A stretch of DNA of 64,000 nt from Dehalococcoidia bacterium (GTDB lineage Bacteria > Chloroflexota > Dehalococcoidia > Lucifugimonadales > UBA3495), in the NCBI GenBank assembly GCA_965249355.1, contig CBDFLW010000004.1, forward strand, positions 1,645,591 to 1,709,590, given 5' to 3'. Below are positions 26,891 through 37,243 of this stretch, one piece after another. Position 1 is the stretch's first letter; the number at the start of each line of letters is the position of its first letter. The notes under the pieces are model-generated. The model worked only from the letters and a program-made list of their open reading frames with translations, did not search any database and was not told where the DNA came from. The translations under genes were made by a program, and so were the position numbers.

Positions 26891-28912
26891 ATGGGCAGGA
26901 TGATACAATTGCTGCCCCGGCTTATACCTATGCTATTCGCATCTGACATCAGCAAAGCCTATTCTGAACATACGCTGTTCAGAGGGCTGAGTCTCTCCTT
27001 GGCGACCGGCGACCGGATCGCGTTAATTGGCGCCAACGGCTCGGGCAAGACCACTCTTCTGGACATTCTTGCTGGCGAAACTCCGCCTGATACCGGGTCA
27101 ATATCCCGGCGACGCAACGCAACGGTGGGGTATCTGAGGCAGGAACCATCGGAGTTTGTCGGCCATTCCCTGCTGCAAGAGGTGCTGAATGCGAATCTTG
27201 AGGTGATAGCTCTCACCGGCCGCATGGCCGCCGCCAGGGAAACCCTGTCATCGACCATTGATCCCTTGGAACAGCAGGAATTGACCGGTCTGCTCTCTCG
27301 AATGGACCAGGAGTTGGAAGCGGCCGGCGGGGCAGACCGAGACCATGAGGCGAAGGCAATCCTTTCTGGCTTGGGCTTCAAGGAAAGCGATTTCTCACGC
27401 GGTATGGATGAATTCAGCGGCGGTTGGATCATGCGGGCCGAATTGGCGCGGCTGCTGTTCAGAAAACCGGACCTCCTCCTGCTGGACGAACCGACCAACC
27501 ACCTGGACCTTGAGGCTCACCTTTGGTTTGAGAAATACCTTTCCTCCTTCCCCGGAGGAGTGGTAATCACATCCCACGACCGGGCCTTTTTGAATCACGT
27601 TGCCACCCGTATCCTTGCCATCGAACCCGGAGAGGTCGTGCATCACCGGGGCAACTATGACGGCTACCTGGTTGCCCGGGAGCGAACGCTGGAAATCAAG
27701 CAGGCGGCCGCCGCGCGCCAGGAGCGTGAGATCAAGCGGCAAACGCGGTTCATCGACCGCTTTCGCTCCAAGGCGACCAAGGCAACCCAGGTCCAGAGCC
27801 GGATCAAGCAACTGGAAAAAATACAGGTCATAGACCTGCCGCGAGCGACCAGAAAGGTCCACTTTTCATTCCCTGAGCCGCCGCGTAGCGGTTCGGACGT
27901 TATGACGCTGGCTAACGTCGGCAAATCGTACGGCGACAATGTTGTCTATCGACGGCTGAACCTTACACTGGAGAGGGGCGACCGGGTTGCCCTGGTCGGC
28001 CCCAATGGAGCCGGCAAGTCGACACTGCTCAAGATTCTTGCTGGCGTCCTGCCCATCGACAGCGGAGAGCGCAATCTGGGATACAACGTGATTCCCGTCT
28101 ACTACGCCCAACACGTACTGGACCAGCTGGACGCCAACAATAGTCCCTTCGAGGAACTGCGGGAGATCGCGCCAGCAGAGACCGAGCAAAACCTGCGCAC
28201 GACGTTGGGGGGCTTTCTGTTCAGTGGAGACGACATACTGAAGCGTATCTCCGTGCTGTCCGGGGGCGAGATGGCGAGGGTCGCGCTGGCCAAACTGCTC
28301 CTCCAGCCCAACAATTTCCTGCTGATGGACGAGCCAACCAATCACCTGGACATTACATCCCGGGAGATCCTGGCCGACGCTCTCGGCGATTACCACGGCA
28401 CCATCTGCCTGGTCACCCACGACCGTACCCTCATCAGACAGGTGGCAAACAAGATCATTGAGATTGACGCGGGAGTGGCCAGGGTCTACCCCGGAGACTA
28501 CGACAGCTATTTGTACTGGAAGCAGCATGAGACCGATACGAAGCCTGCTCCAGACAGTAACAATGGCAAGAAATCTGATGCCTCCGGCGATGCGAAAGGT
28601 GGCCGACGTTCCCGACGTCCCCTTACGGCCAGAGAGGAGCAGCAACGGGCCCTGGGCAGGCAGGCGCGTCAACTTGCGGCCCGGATCGACGAGATTGGTG
28701 AAGCCATCACTGAGCGCGAGACCGTCTCTACGGAGCTTGAGGTCATGTTCACCAACCCCGAGAGGTTTGAAGACCGGACCCAGATCGAGGCTTCGGGCGA
28801 ACGTTATCGCATCCTCAAGGAAGAGGAACAGTCTCTATGGGAGGAATGGGAACGATTGTCCCTGGAAGCTGAGAAGTTAAACCAAACGCTGGCGGAACTC
28901 AAGGCCACCTGA
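26891..28912 (+). CDS. ABC-F family ATPase (Uup/EttA-like, two ABC domains plus C-terminal coiled coil)
   Basis: Walker [12 protein letters not shown] and [11 protein letters not shown]; signatures [15 protein letters not shown] and [15 protein letters not shown]; no TM segments. The start may be ATG 26930 ([11 protein letters not shown]). Confidence 0.9.
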   Translation: MGRMIQLLPRLIPMLFASDISKAYSEHTLFRGLSLSLATGDRIALIGANGSGKTTLLDILAGETPPDTGSISRRRNATVGYLRQEPSEFVGHSLLQEVLNANLEVIALTGRMAAARETLSSTIDPLEQQELTGLLSRMDQELEAAGGADRDHEAKAILSGLGFKESDFSRGMDEFSGGWIMRAELARLLFRKPDLLLLDEPTNHLDLEAHLWFEKYLSSFPGGVVITSHDRAFLNHVATRILAIEPGEVVHHRGNYDGYLVARERTLEIKQAAAARQEREIKRQTRFIDRFRSKATKATQVQSRIKQLEKIQVIDLPRATRKVHFSFPEPPRSGSDVMTLANVGKSYGDNVVYRRLNLTLERGDRVALVGPNGAGKSTLLKILAGVLPIDSGERNLGYNVIPVYYAQHVLDQLDANNSPFEELREIAPAETEQNLRTTLGGFLFSGDDILKRISVLSGGEMARVALAKLLLQPNNFLLMDEPTNHLDITSREILADALGDYHGTICLVTHDRTLIRQVANKIIEIDAGVARVYPGDYDSYLYWKQHETDTKPAPDSNNGKKSDASGDAKGGRRSRRPLTAREEQQRALGRQARQLAARIDEIGEAITERETVSTELEVMFTNPERFEDRTQIEASGERYRILKEEEQSLWEEWERLSLEAEKLNQTLAELKAT

Positions 28913-29082
28913 CAACGCGGAATCCAAATGCAATCCACGCAATTGCCAGTCCGCGGATCTGTCCTGAATTTTGACATTCCCGTTGTGCATTTTGCCAACG
29001 CCGCTGGCAACCCCCGGTAGTGTCCCTCTTTGAAATTGACATCATCCGTAATCCTCATCTATACGCCGTCATTCCCGCTACA

Positions 29083-29261
29083 CCGTCATTCCGGCGAAAG
29101 CCGGAATCCAGAGCCCCCGCAAGCCGTCGCATAACAGTCATTCCTGTCCCCGTCCTTCATCCCTCCCCTCCGCAAAGGGTGCCGTTCTGCTTGCTGGCGA
29201 TAATGTAGACGCAGGGCGTTTTCACGGGGGTCTTGGATTCCTGCTTTCGCCGGAATGACGG
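29083..29261. repeat. REP-like family B element (arms 29083-29113 and 29231-29261)
   Basis: CCGTCATTCCGGCGAAAGCCGGAATCCAGAG ... CTTGGATTCCTGCTTTCGCCGGAATGACGG. Confidence 0.75.
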
Positions 29262-29291
29262 TTTTGAATTTCTTATGTGAAAATCAAGGGA

Positions 29292-29329
29292 ACGCCCCCA
29301 TCCTAACCCTCCCCGGAGGGAGAGGGAAT
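29292..29329. repeat. REP-like family A element
   Basis: ACGCCCCCATCCTAACCCTCCCCGGAGGGAGAGGGAAT. Confidence 0.8.
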
Positions 29330-29480
29330 AACTCACTCAACCTCTGATGTGGGGCGGAGTCAGGTCCCCGAGTCCATCAGCACATTCCCCTGCGCGCCGC
29401 CATCGCGCTATTCGCGCGTAGGCGGGAGTGGCACCGGGATCAGCGCAGCCGACGGAAGTCCAGGCGCTGAGGCCGCGAGC

Positions 29481-30461
29481 TTACCTGGATCGCGAGGGGA
29501 AACGGGCGGCCAGGATGTCCTGCATCAGCCGCGCTGCCACCTGAACCGTCAGCTCGGAACTGTCGTAGGGAGGGGCAACCTCAACGATGTCGAAGGCCAC
29601 GAGATTCGATTTCTCCAGCAAAGCCAGCAGGCAGTCCCGCGCCTCCTGGTAGAACAGCCCGCCGGTCTCTGGTGTTCCGGTGCCGGGGGCCTGGCTGGGA
29701 TCGAGCACGTCCACATCGAAGGTGATGTACAGGTTATCGGCTCCGGGAATGAGGTCGGCCACGGCTTGTGGACCCAACTCCCGGAACTGGGTGCCGCTGA
29801 TGATGAGGCTGCCGTCCCGGACTGCCTCCTCGTAGGGAATCCGCCTTGCGGAGCGGATGCCCACCGAAGTGATGTGGCCGACGAAGTCCAGCTCACGGCA
29901 ACGGCGTATGGGGCTGGCGTGGGTGTAGAGTGCGTCCTGCACATCGTGAGTGTAGTCGAGGTGAGCATCGAAGTGAACGATGTTCAGCGGCGCGAACTTT
30001 GACAGGCCCCGCACCACCGGAAAGGTGATGGCGTGGTCACCTCCGACCGCCACCGCAAGTGCCCCTCGTCCGACGACCTGCTCTACGGCGCGGGTAATGC
30101 GTTCGAAGTTGCCGGCCACCTCCGACGGAACGATGGGGACGTTGCCGCAGTCGGCCATAGTCACGCCGCGCAGCAGTTCGTCCCCGGCGTCTATATCGAA
30201 AAAGCCATCGGCCTCACCCTGGGTCCCGTATGGGTCGGAGTAGGAGTAGGCCCGGGGCGCGTCGCGCATCGCGTCGGGGCCGAAACGCGCTCCCGGCCGG
30301 CCCAGAGTCCCTTGATCGAAGGGTATCCCGATGAAGGCGACATCGGCCTCCAACCGCGTAATGTCCTCGCAAAGGGGCGCATTGAAGAATGATCTTGGCC
30401 GTGCTCGCAGGTTCGGCCAAGGCTCCTGTGGCTGGGCTGGGGGTGGAGGCACAGACGTCAT
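29481..30461 (-). CDS. arginase/agmatinase/ureohydrolase-family protein
   Basis: GGDHAITFPVVRG, IVHFDAHLD, ITFDVDVLDPSQAPGTGTPE are the Mn-binding motifs of the family. Confidence 0.85.
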   Translation of the reverse strand: MTSVPPPPAQPQEPWPNLRARPRSFFNAPLCEDITRLEADVAFIGIPFDQGTLGRPGARFGPDAMRDAPRAYSYSDPYGTQGEADGFFDIDAGDELLRGVTMADCGNVPIVPSEVAGNFERITRAVEQVVGRGALAVAVGGDHAITFPVVRGLSKFAPLNIVHFDAHLDYTHDVQDALYTHASPIRRCRELDFVGHITSVGIRSARRIPYEEAVRDGSLIISGTQFRELGPQAVADLIPGADNLYITFDVDVLDPSQAPGTGTPETGGLFYQEARDCLLALLEKSNLVAFDIVEVAPPYDSSELTVQVAARLMQDILAARFPSRSR

Positions 30462-30512
30462 CGGTATCCTCCGGTAAGGTATCCTGGTATCGGTATCACA
30501 ATGAGGCCCACG

Positions 30513-31286
30513 CTATTGCGCCGTGGTGCCACCGTCAATAACCAACTCCGAACCAGTAACGAACGACGATTCGTCTGAGGCGAGATAGACGATGCCGTGA
30601 GCGATGTCGTCGGCGTTGCCCAGTCGGCCCAGCGGGATCCGCTCCAGGGACCACTCGCGGCGGCCCTCCTCGCCGGAGTACCCTGGGTCGGTCAGCGGGG
30701 TCCAGCAATAGCCGGGATGCACCGAGTTGACGCGGATGTTTTCCCCGGCGTACTGGATTGCTACCGACTTGGTGAATAGGCGGCTGGCGCCCTTGGCCGC
30801 GTGGTAGGCGGTGGAGGTGCCGCTGCCCACGATCCCGTAGATAGATGAGACGTTGATGATCGAGCCTCCGCCGGCCTTGCGCATCTCCGGGATAGCGAGC
30901 TTGGCGCCCAGGAATACGGCCTTGGCGTGGACATCCATCTGGCCTTGCCAGTCGGCGACCGACGTTTCCTCCACGGTGAAGCGGGCGCCGGTGCCGGCGT
31001 TGTTGACCAGCACGTCCAGCTTGCCGTAGCGGGCCACAGTTTCGGCGATGACCTCCTGCCACCGCCGCTCGTCGGTAACGTCGTGGGCCATGAAGAAGAC
31101 ATCGCCGCCGTTCTCGCGGATCTGGGCAGCAGTGGCCTCGCCCATCTCCACCTTGATATCGGTCAGCACGATCTTGGCGCCCTCCGCGGCGAACATGCGG
31201 GCTGCAGCGCCACCGAACCCCATCAGCTGTCCCTCGACTCCTGCGGCGGCGCCGGTGATGATGGCTACTTTGTTTTCCAATCGCAT
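30513..31286 (-). CDS. SDR-family oxidoreductase
   Basis: VAIITGAAAGVEG cofactor motif, NNAG, and YHAAKGA (YxxxK). Confidence 0.85.
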   Translation of the reverse strand: MRLENKVAIITGAAAGVEGQLMGFGGAAARMFAAEGAKIVLTDIKVEMGEATAAQIRENGGDVFFMAHDVTDERRWQEVIAETVARYGKLDVLVNNAGTGARFTVEETSVADWQGQMDVHAKAVFLGAKLAIPEMRKAGGGSIINVSSIYGIVGSGTSTAYHAAKGASRLFTKSVAIQYAGENIRVNSVHPGYCWTPLTDPGYSGEEGRREWSLERIPLGRLGNADDIAHGIVYLASDESSFVTGSELVIDGGTTAQ

Positions 31287-31312
31287 AACTCGACTCCTAG
31301 TACGTCTGGAAT

Positions 31313-31828
31313 TCAGTCCCCGTAGCTCTGACCGAACCGTTCGTTGTGTGCGAATTCCGAAATTGGCATGCGCAGCTTGGACTTGGAGGCAGCTTCATCG
31401 GTCGGATATCCGAAGGCCACCACGGTCACTAGGTCCTTATCTTCAGGAATTCCCAGCAGTTCCTTGACCTTGACGTTCTCCTCGCCGCGAACGCCGGCGA
31501 CGCATCCGCCCACTCCCAACGACCAAGCGGCCAGTTCCATCTGCTGCAGGGACCGTCCGGCATCGAACTCGGGCCGACCGCCGCGGTCCATGACCACGGC
31601 CACTGCCAGTGGCGCACCGCCGATGAATCCTCCCGACGAGGCAATGCTGCCTATCCGGGCCAGGGTATCCCGGTTTTGGATGACGATGAAGTTCCACGGC
31701 TGGCGGTTGCGGGCGCTGGGCGCCCACCGGGCCGCCTGCAGCATCCGGCGGATAACTCTTTCCGGCACGGGGTCGAGCTTGAAGTTTCGCACCGTCAGCC
31801 TCGACCTTATGCACTGGTAGGCGTCCAT
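31313..31828 (-). CDS. nitroreductase-family protein
   Basis: RLTVRNFKLDPVPERVIRRMLQAARWAPSARNRQPWNFIVI. Confidence 0.8.
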   Translation of the reverse strand: MDAYQCIRSRLTVRNFKLDPVPERVIRRMLQAARWAPSARNRQPWNFIVIQNRDTLARIGSIASSGGFIGGAPLAVAVVMDRGGRPEFDAGRSLQQMELAAWSLGVGGCVAGVRGEENVKVKELLGIPEDKDLVTVVAFGYPTDEAASKSKLRMPISEFAHNERFGQSYGD

Positions 31829-32026
31829 TCAGGTTCCTCCTTCCGCATGGTGAATCATTTAGGGGGATTATAGGCACAGTCACGTACGCGTCGGCAAGAA
31901 AAGCGCTTGTTTCTGGCAGCATCAAGGGCGCAGAAGGGCAGTTCTGCCGCGTGCCAAACCTGCAGTTGTTCAATGTACACCGCGGGCGGCTATAATCGCG
32001 CGTATTCAGCTCAACGGAGGGATGCC

Positions 32027-32545
32027 ATGCCAAGAGTGGCCTTGGACTTGAACAATGCGGCCGACAGGGCGCAGGTGAAGGGGCAGTGGCGGGTTGCGCC
32101 GGGGCTGATTCCCGGCGAACCCAACGAGGGTTTGACGGCTCAGCTGCTGGCCACGCCTGCACGCTTGGCCGACTTCGATGATTCCGGCTGGGAGGTATGC
32201 GACAACGTCCGCCAGAGCCTGTCGGTGGGATTCACCTTCGCGTGGTACCGGATCACGGTGGAGTTGCCCGAGACCGTCAACGGCATGCCGGTGGCCGGAG
32301 CGCGCCTGTGGTTCGAGACCAACGCCGACAACTACGGCGAGGTGTGGGTCAACGGGGAGATCGACCGCAACACCGGCAGCATCCCGGGCCTAAACGCTCC
32401 GCAGCGGGTGGAGCTGGCCACCACTTCCGAACCGGGCGCCACCTACGTCATCGCTGTCCTAGCGGTCAACGGCCCGCTGGCCGAGCCGCGCGGCGGCATC
32501 TTCCTCCGCTACGCATACCTGTCGTTCGAGGTAACCGACAACTAG
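32027..32545 (+). CDS. hypothetical protein (possible beta-sandwich/carbohydrate-binding-like)
   Basis: ATG 32027 preceded by GGAGGG. Sequence WEVCDNVRQSL..FAWYRITVELPETVNG..ARLWFETNADNYGEVWVNGE has coding-like composition. No family assigned with confidence. Confidence 0.5.
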   Translation: MPRVALDLNNAADRAQVKGQWRVAPGLIPGEPNEGLTAQLLATPARLADFDDSGWEVCDNVRQSLSVGFTFAWYRITVELPETVNGMPVAGARLWFETNADNYGEVWVNGEIDRNTGSIPGLNAPQRVELATTSEPGATYVIAVLAVNGPLAEPRGGIFLRYAYLSFEVTDN

Positions 32546-32602
32546 CCACAACCGTCTTGCTCAGACCCTTCCCCTTTGGGAGAAGGAACTGTTGGAGGTC
32601 AC

Positions 32603-33280
32603 ATGGTCCGAAGGAAAGGCACGGCGCTGCTAATGGTCTACACCGATGTGGATATCGAGCACGACGCCGAATTCAACCGATGGTACAACGAAGAGCACAT
32701 CCCGGAACGCCTCAGCGCCCCCGGGTTCCTGGACGGCGCGCGTTACGAGGCCCTGAAGGGCGGCCCGCGCTACCTGGCCGTCTACGAGTTGGAATCGGCC
32801 GAGGCGCTGCAGACTAGCGAATACCTGCGAATGAGCAACAATCCCACGCCGTGGACCCAGCGGATGTCGCCCAACGTGGTCGGCCGAGGCACCGTGCGCA
32901 ACGTCTACGCCCAGATCTACCCTGAGGGCGGCGATGATACTGATACCCTCGGGCGTAGCATGGCCCCGGCGCTGCAGATCGGGCGCATGGATGTGTCGGC
33001 CAACCTGGAGGCCAAGTACAACCAGTACTACGACACGGTCCGCACGCCCGGCAACCTGCAGATACCAGGTTGCCAGTTCGTCCGCCGTTACCACGCCGTC
33101 GAGGGAGGCCCGAAGTACCTGACAATGTACGAGTTCGAGCACGAGAGGGTGCCGGAGACCCTGGCGTGGGAAAAGCAGCGAGGCCAGGACACGATGAACC
33201 AGTACATCGGCGGAACCTACGGCCACGCCCCGGGCTCGCCTGGCGTTTACCGGCGCGTATTCCCACCGCGGGCGTTCTGA
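32603..33280 (+). CDS. protein with two tandem EthD/DUF4286-like (dimeric alpha/beta-barrel) halves
   Basis: Internal duplication is visible: DVDIEHDAEFNRWYNEEHIPERL..GARYEALKGGPRYLAVYELE versus DVSANLEAKYNQYYDTVRTPGNL..VRRYHAVEGGPKYLTMYEFE. Confidence 0.55.
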   Translation: MVRRKGTALLMVYTDVDIEHDAEFNRWYNEEHIPERLSAPGFLDGARYEALKGGPRYLAVYELESAEALQTSEYLRMSNNPTPWTQRMSPNVVGRGTVRNVYAQIYPEGGDDTDTLGRSMAPALQIGRMDVSANLEAKYNQYYDTVRTPGNLQIPGCQFVRRYHAVEGGPKYLTMYEFEHERVPETLAWEKQRGQDTMNQYIGGTYGHAPGSPGVYRRVFPPRAF

Positions 33281-33303
33281 AAACGCGCAACGCCTTTGCA
33301 GAA

Positions 33304-33466
33304 TTCCCTCTCCCTCCGGGGGAGGGTCAGGGTGGGGGCGTCCTCCGCAAGGGGGATTGAACTCTCTCTTTAGTGAAGCATAATGGCAAAGGTGCCTGGA
33401 GGAAAGCGGAAAACGCAAAATGAAAAACGCCCCCACCCTAACCCTCCCCCGGAGGGAGAGGGAATT
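33304..33466. repeat. REP-like family A, inverted pair
   Basis: TTCCCTCTCCCTCCGGGGGAGGGTCAGGGTGGGGGCGT (33304-33341) and its near reverse complement ACGCCCCCACCCTAACCCTCCCCCGGAGGGAGAGGGAATT (33427-33466). Confidence 0.85.
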
Positions 33467-33483
33467 TTGCGAGGAGAAAACCC

Positions 33484-34695
33484 ATGTTCCTGATGCGGTT
33501 TACCGAGCGCGCCTACATGGACTACACGGAAGATGATGTGCGCAACAGTCCAAACAACGCGGTGCGCCTCACCTTTTCCAACAGCAACTTCGACCCACAG
33601 CTCGGCTCCCAGCTGTACAACATGTATCTCGACGAGTACGAATACTCGGAGGAGGTGGGCTTCGACGGCCTGATGCTGAATGAGCATCACAATACGCCCA
33701 CCTGCCTCGGCGCGACCATGAACCTGGAGGCGGCCATCCTGGCGCGAATCACCAAGAAGCCCAAAATCGTGCTGTTGGGTAACCCGCTGCCAATCTTCGA
33801 TAACCCCATCCGCCTCGCCGAGGAACTGGCCGAGATCGATATGATCTCAGGAGGGAGGCTGGTTTCCGGCTTTGTGCGCGGCACGGGCGTGGAGAGCCTC
33901 GCCACCAATACTAACCCGCTGTTCAACCGCGAGCGGTTCGAGGAAGCTCACGACTTGGTCATGAAGACCTGGACCGAACCCGGCCCGTGGCGCTGGGAGG
34001 GCAAGCATTACCACTTCCGGGTGGTTAACCCCTTCCAGGTGCCGATGCAGAAGCCGCATCCTCCCGTCTGGATCCCAGGCACCGGCAGCCCGGAGACGCT
34101 GGTCTGGTGCGCCGAGCACCGCTACCCATACATATTCCTGGAAACCGATATCCAGTCTACCCAGGACATGAAGGAAATATATGCCGAGAACGCCAGGCAG
34201 GTGGGCTACGAACCAGGTCCCGAGCACCTGGGTTACCTCGTCCGCATTCACGTCCAGGACACCGACGAGAAGGCCCAGGAAGTTGGGAAGGGCTACATGA
34301 CCGGCAACATCGGCGTCGGGCGCATCCCGTTGCCCCGCGACTACCAGTCGCCGGTTGGCTACGCCAGCGCCAGTCAGGACCCGCGCTACCTTCGTATTCG
34401 CGAGCAGATCCGGTCCGACCCCTTCCGTGTCGGAGGGCTTGATACTGCGGCCTACGACCAGATCCTTGACTCCAAGCGCTGGATAATCGGCAGTCCAGAG
34501 ACGGTCGTCAAGCAACTCCGCGAGGTGCTCTCGGTGATGCGACCGGGTATCCTGTCAATCTGGACGAACGACGGAACCATCAGCCACGAGGACACCATGC
34601 GATGCCTGGAACTGATGGGGCAAGAGGTGCTGCCGGCCCTGCGCGAGATAGGTGAGGAGCTGGAGCTAACCGACCCGTTCCAGCGTACGCCATAG
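33484..34695 (+). CDS. LLM-class flavin-dependent oxidoreductase (luciferase-like monooxygenase)
   Basis: GFDGLMLNEHHNTP, LAEELAEIDMISGGRLVSGFVRGTG, HPPVWIPGTGS. Confidence 0.85.
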   Translation: MFLMRFTERAYMDYTEDDVRNSPNNAVRLTFSNSNFDPQLGSQLYNMYLDEYEYSEEVGFDGLMLNEHHNTPTCLGATMNLEAAILARITKKPKIVLLGNPLPIFDNPIRLAEELAEIDMISGGRLVSGFVRGTGVESLATNTNPLFNRERFEEAHDLVMKTWTEPGPWRWEGKHYHFRVVNPFQVPMQKPHPPVWIPGTGSPETLVWCAEHRYPYIFLETDIQSTQDMKEIYAENARQVGYEPGPEHLGYLVRIHVQDTDEKAQEVGKGYMTGNIGVGRIPLPRDYQSPVGYASASQDPRYLRIREQIRSDPFRVGGLDTAAYDQILDSKRWIIGSPETVVKQLREVLSVMRPGILSIWTNDGTISHEDTMRCLELMGQEVLPALREIGEELELTDPFQRTP

Positions 34696-34835
34696 TAAAC
34701 ATAACTGGGCAACCCGCAACTGGACATAAACAGCAGTAAATGCGTCCAGCAAGAGACCGGGGAGCGGTGGCCAACCCGCTCCCCGGTCTCTTTCATTGCT
34801 CTCGAAGTCACCCCGATCGATTCGATGCTAGACCA

Positions 34836-37148
34836 TCATTCTGCGTCCCAAAGTGCCTCAAGGATTCGGCCGGGGGTCATTGGCAGGTCGGTCAGGCGCT
34901 TGCCGGTTGCCCGCGATATGGCGTTGGCGATGGCGGCCAGCGGCGGTACCAGGGGAACCTCGCCCGTCCCGCGCACTCCGAAGGGGTGTCCGGGGTTCGG
35001 CACCTCCACCACGACCGTGTCGATCATCGGCAGGTCCAGGCAGGTTGGCATCCGGTAGTCGAGGAAGCTGGAGTTCAGCATCCGGCCCTCGTCGTTTATG
35101 AAGTACTCCTCGTTCAGCGCCCAGCCAATGCCCTGCACCACGCCGCCCTGGATCTGGCCCTCCACGTAACTGGGGTGGACGGCCCGGCCGGCGTCCTGCA
35201 GCGCCGTGTAGCGCAGGATTTCCACTTTGCCGGTGTCCGGATCAATCTCCACGTCAACGATATGAACCCCGAAGGCGTTGCCCACACCGCCCGGGTTGAC
35301 CGTGGCCCGCCCTACGATTGGGCCGCCGGTGCCGTTCAGCCGGGGCGCCAGGCCCTGGAAGGTAATGCTCAACTCGGGGTCCTGCCGGTGGGAAAGCACG
35401 CCCTTTTCGTACTGGACGTCGTCGGGCGAAACATCCCAGATTCGGGCGGCCCGCTCGATCATCTGGCGCTTGATGTCCTGGGCGGCGTCGTGGCAGGCCG
35501 TGCCCATCTTGAACGTCACGCCGCTGCCGCCGGCCCCCGAGCTGTAGCCAATGGAGTCGGTATCCACCACTGACGGCTTGACCGTCTCCACCGGGATGCC
35601 CAGCACCTCGGCCACTTGCATGGCCATGGCGGCGCGGGATCCGCCAATGTCCGGCGAACCCTCCACGAGGCTTACGGTGCCGTCAGGGTTGACGCTAGCG
35701 ACGGCGCTGGCCGGACCTGAGCTGTTGAACCACGCACCTGCCGCGATCCCGCGTCCCCGGTTCGGGCCGGTCAGCGGCTCGGCGAGGTGGGAATGTTCCT
35801 GAGCCGCCTGCAGGGTCTCGACGAACCCGATCTTGCGGAACACCGGTCCGGTCGGCTGGCGGGAGCCTTCCCTGGCGGCGTTGCGCATGCGGAATTCCAC
35901 CGGGTCCATTCCGATCTGCTCGCAGATTTCGTCGATCACCGACTCTGCGGCGAAAGCTGCGGTGGGCGAGCCAGGGGCGCGATAAGCGGCCGCCTTCTGC
36001 GTGTTGACCACCACGTCGATGCCCTCAATGAAGCTGTTGGCCACTTCGTATGGGGCCAGCATGGTCCGGCACCCCGACGGCACCGGCGATCCGGGGAACG
36101 CGCCCGCCTCGTAGACGAGGGTGCAGTCGGCGGCGGTGAGCTTGCCCTCGCGTGTGGCGCCCAGCTTGACGCGGATGTGGCTCGCCGAGGTCGGGCCGGT
36201 GCCCTCGAACACCTCGCCTCGGGTCATGGCGATCTTCACCGGTTGCCCGCATTTGCGGGAGAGGGCCGCCACAACCGGCTCCAGGTAGCACCCACCCTGG
36301 CCCTTACCCCCGAACCCGCCGCCGATCTCCATTGGTATGACCTTCAGGCGGGACACGTTGACGCCCAGTATGGCGGCTGTGTGATCCCGCAAGGCGAAGT
36401 GGCCCTGACTGCTGGCCCAGATGGTCACGCTGCCGTCGGAGCTCCACAGGGCCGTGGCTGAGTGTGGCTCGATGTAGCCCTGGTGCACCGGCCGGGTGCG
36501 GAACTCGCGCTCCACGATCACGTCAGCCTCGGCAAACCCGGTGTCAGGATCGCCAAGCCGGAACTCGAACCGGTTGGATATGTTGCTGGCCTTGCCGGAA
36601 TCGCCCCACCCGCCCTGCCGCATATTCGGATCGGCAAGGGTGACCAGCCGGTCATGCAGGACGGGAGCGTCGGCGCGCATCGCGTCGTCGGCACTGAGCA
36701 CCGGTTGCAGGACCTCGTAGTCCACGTCGATGGCGGCCAGCGCCTCCTCGGCGGCGCCTGAGGAGATTGCCGCCACGGCCGCGACAGCGTGGCCGCAGTA
36801 CAGGGCCTTCTCCCGGGCCATCACGTTACGGCTGTAGAAGCCGTAATTTACCGTCATCCCCTCCTCCTGGTCCGCAATTTCCGCCGACACCTCAGGTAGG
36901 TCGGCGGAGGTCACGACGGCCTTCACGCCGGGTATGGCGAGGGCGCGTGTGGCGTCGATGCCGCGGATGACGGCGTGGGCGTGGGGACTGCGCAGTATCT
37001 TGCCTACCAGCCATCCCGGCGGATGGATGTCGGCGGCATACCGGGCGCGTCCGGTCACCTTGTCCGGTCCGTCGTGGCGGATCGGCCGGGTGCCGATGAC
37101 GTCAAAGGCCTCCTCGGCCGGGGCCGGGGCCGCTAGTTCAGTTGTCAT
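34836..37148 (-). CDS. xanthine dehydrogenase/aldehyde oxidase-family molybdopterin-binding large subunit (CoxL-like)
   Basis: IGTRPIRHDGPDKVTGRARYAADI, GGGFGGKG, GSRAAMAMQVAEVLG, VEGQIQGGVVQGIGWAL. ATG 37148 (AGGAG 6 nt upstream) is preferred; the listed 884-aa N-terminal extension is Arg/Pro/His-rich junk. Confidence 0.9.
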   Translation of the reverse strand: MTTELAAPAPAEEAFDVIGTRPIRHDGPDKVTGRARYAADIHPPGWLVGKILRSPHAHAVIRGIDATRALAIPGVKAVVTSADLPEVSAEIADQEEGMTVNYGFYSRNVMAREKALYCGHAVAAVAAISSGAAEEALAAIDVDYEVLQPVLSADDAMRADAPVLHDRLVTLADPNMRQGGWGDSGKASNISNRFEFRLGDPDTGFAEADVIVEREFRTRPVHQGYIEPHSATALWSSDGSVTIWASSQGHFALRDHTAAILGVNVSRLKVIPMEIGGGFGGKGQGGCYLEPVVAALSRKCGQPVKIAMTRGEVFEGTGPTSASHIRVKLGATREGKLTAADCTLVYEAGAFPGSPVPSGCRTMLAPYEVANSFIEGIDVVVNTQKAAAYRAPGSPTAAFAAESVIDEICEQIGMDPVEFRMRNAAREGSRQPTGPVFRKIGFVETLQAAQEHSHLAEPLTGPNRGRGIAAGAWFNSSGPASAVASVNPDGTVSLVEGSPDIGGSRAAMAMQVAEVLGIPVETVKPSVVDTDSIGYSSGAGGSGVTFKMGTACHDAAQDIKRQMIERAARIWDVSPDDVQYEKGVLSHRQDPELSITFQGLAPRLNGTGGPIVGRATVNPGGVGNAFGVHIVDVEIDPDTGKVEILRYTALQDAGRAVHPSYVEGQIQGGVVQGIGWALNEEYFINDEGRMLNSSFLDYRMPTCLDLPMIDTVVVEVPNPGHPFGVRGTGEVPLVPPLAAIANAISRATGKRLTDLPMTPGRILEALWDAE

Positions 37149-37243
37149 AATCATCTCCTGGACTTGTTTGCAGAGATTTACATAATCTAAAACAAGTGCG
37201 CTATGATGCCGTTTGATCCCAATAGGTACTGGGATCAGGTGCT

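Noticed and set aside
29349-30002. 217-aa plus-strand ORF
   Set aside because: It is antisense to the agmatinase-family gene, whose Mn-binding motifs are clear.
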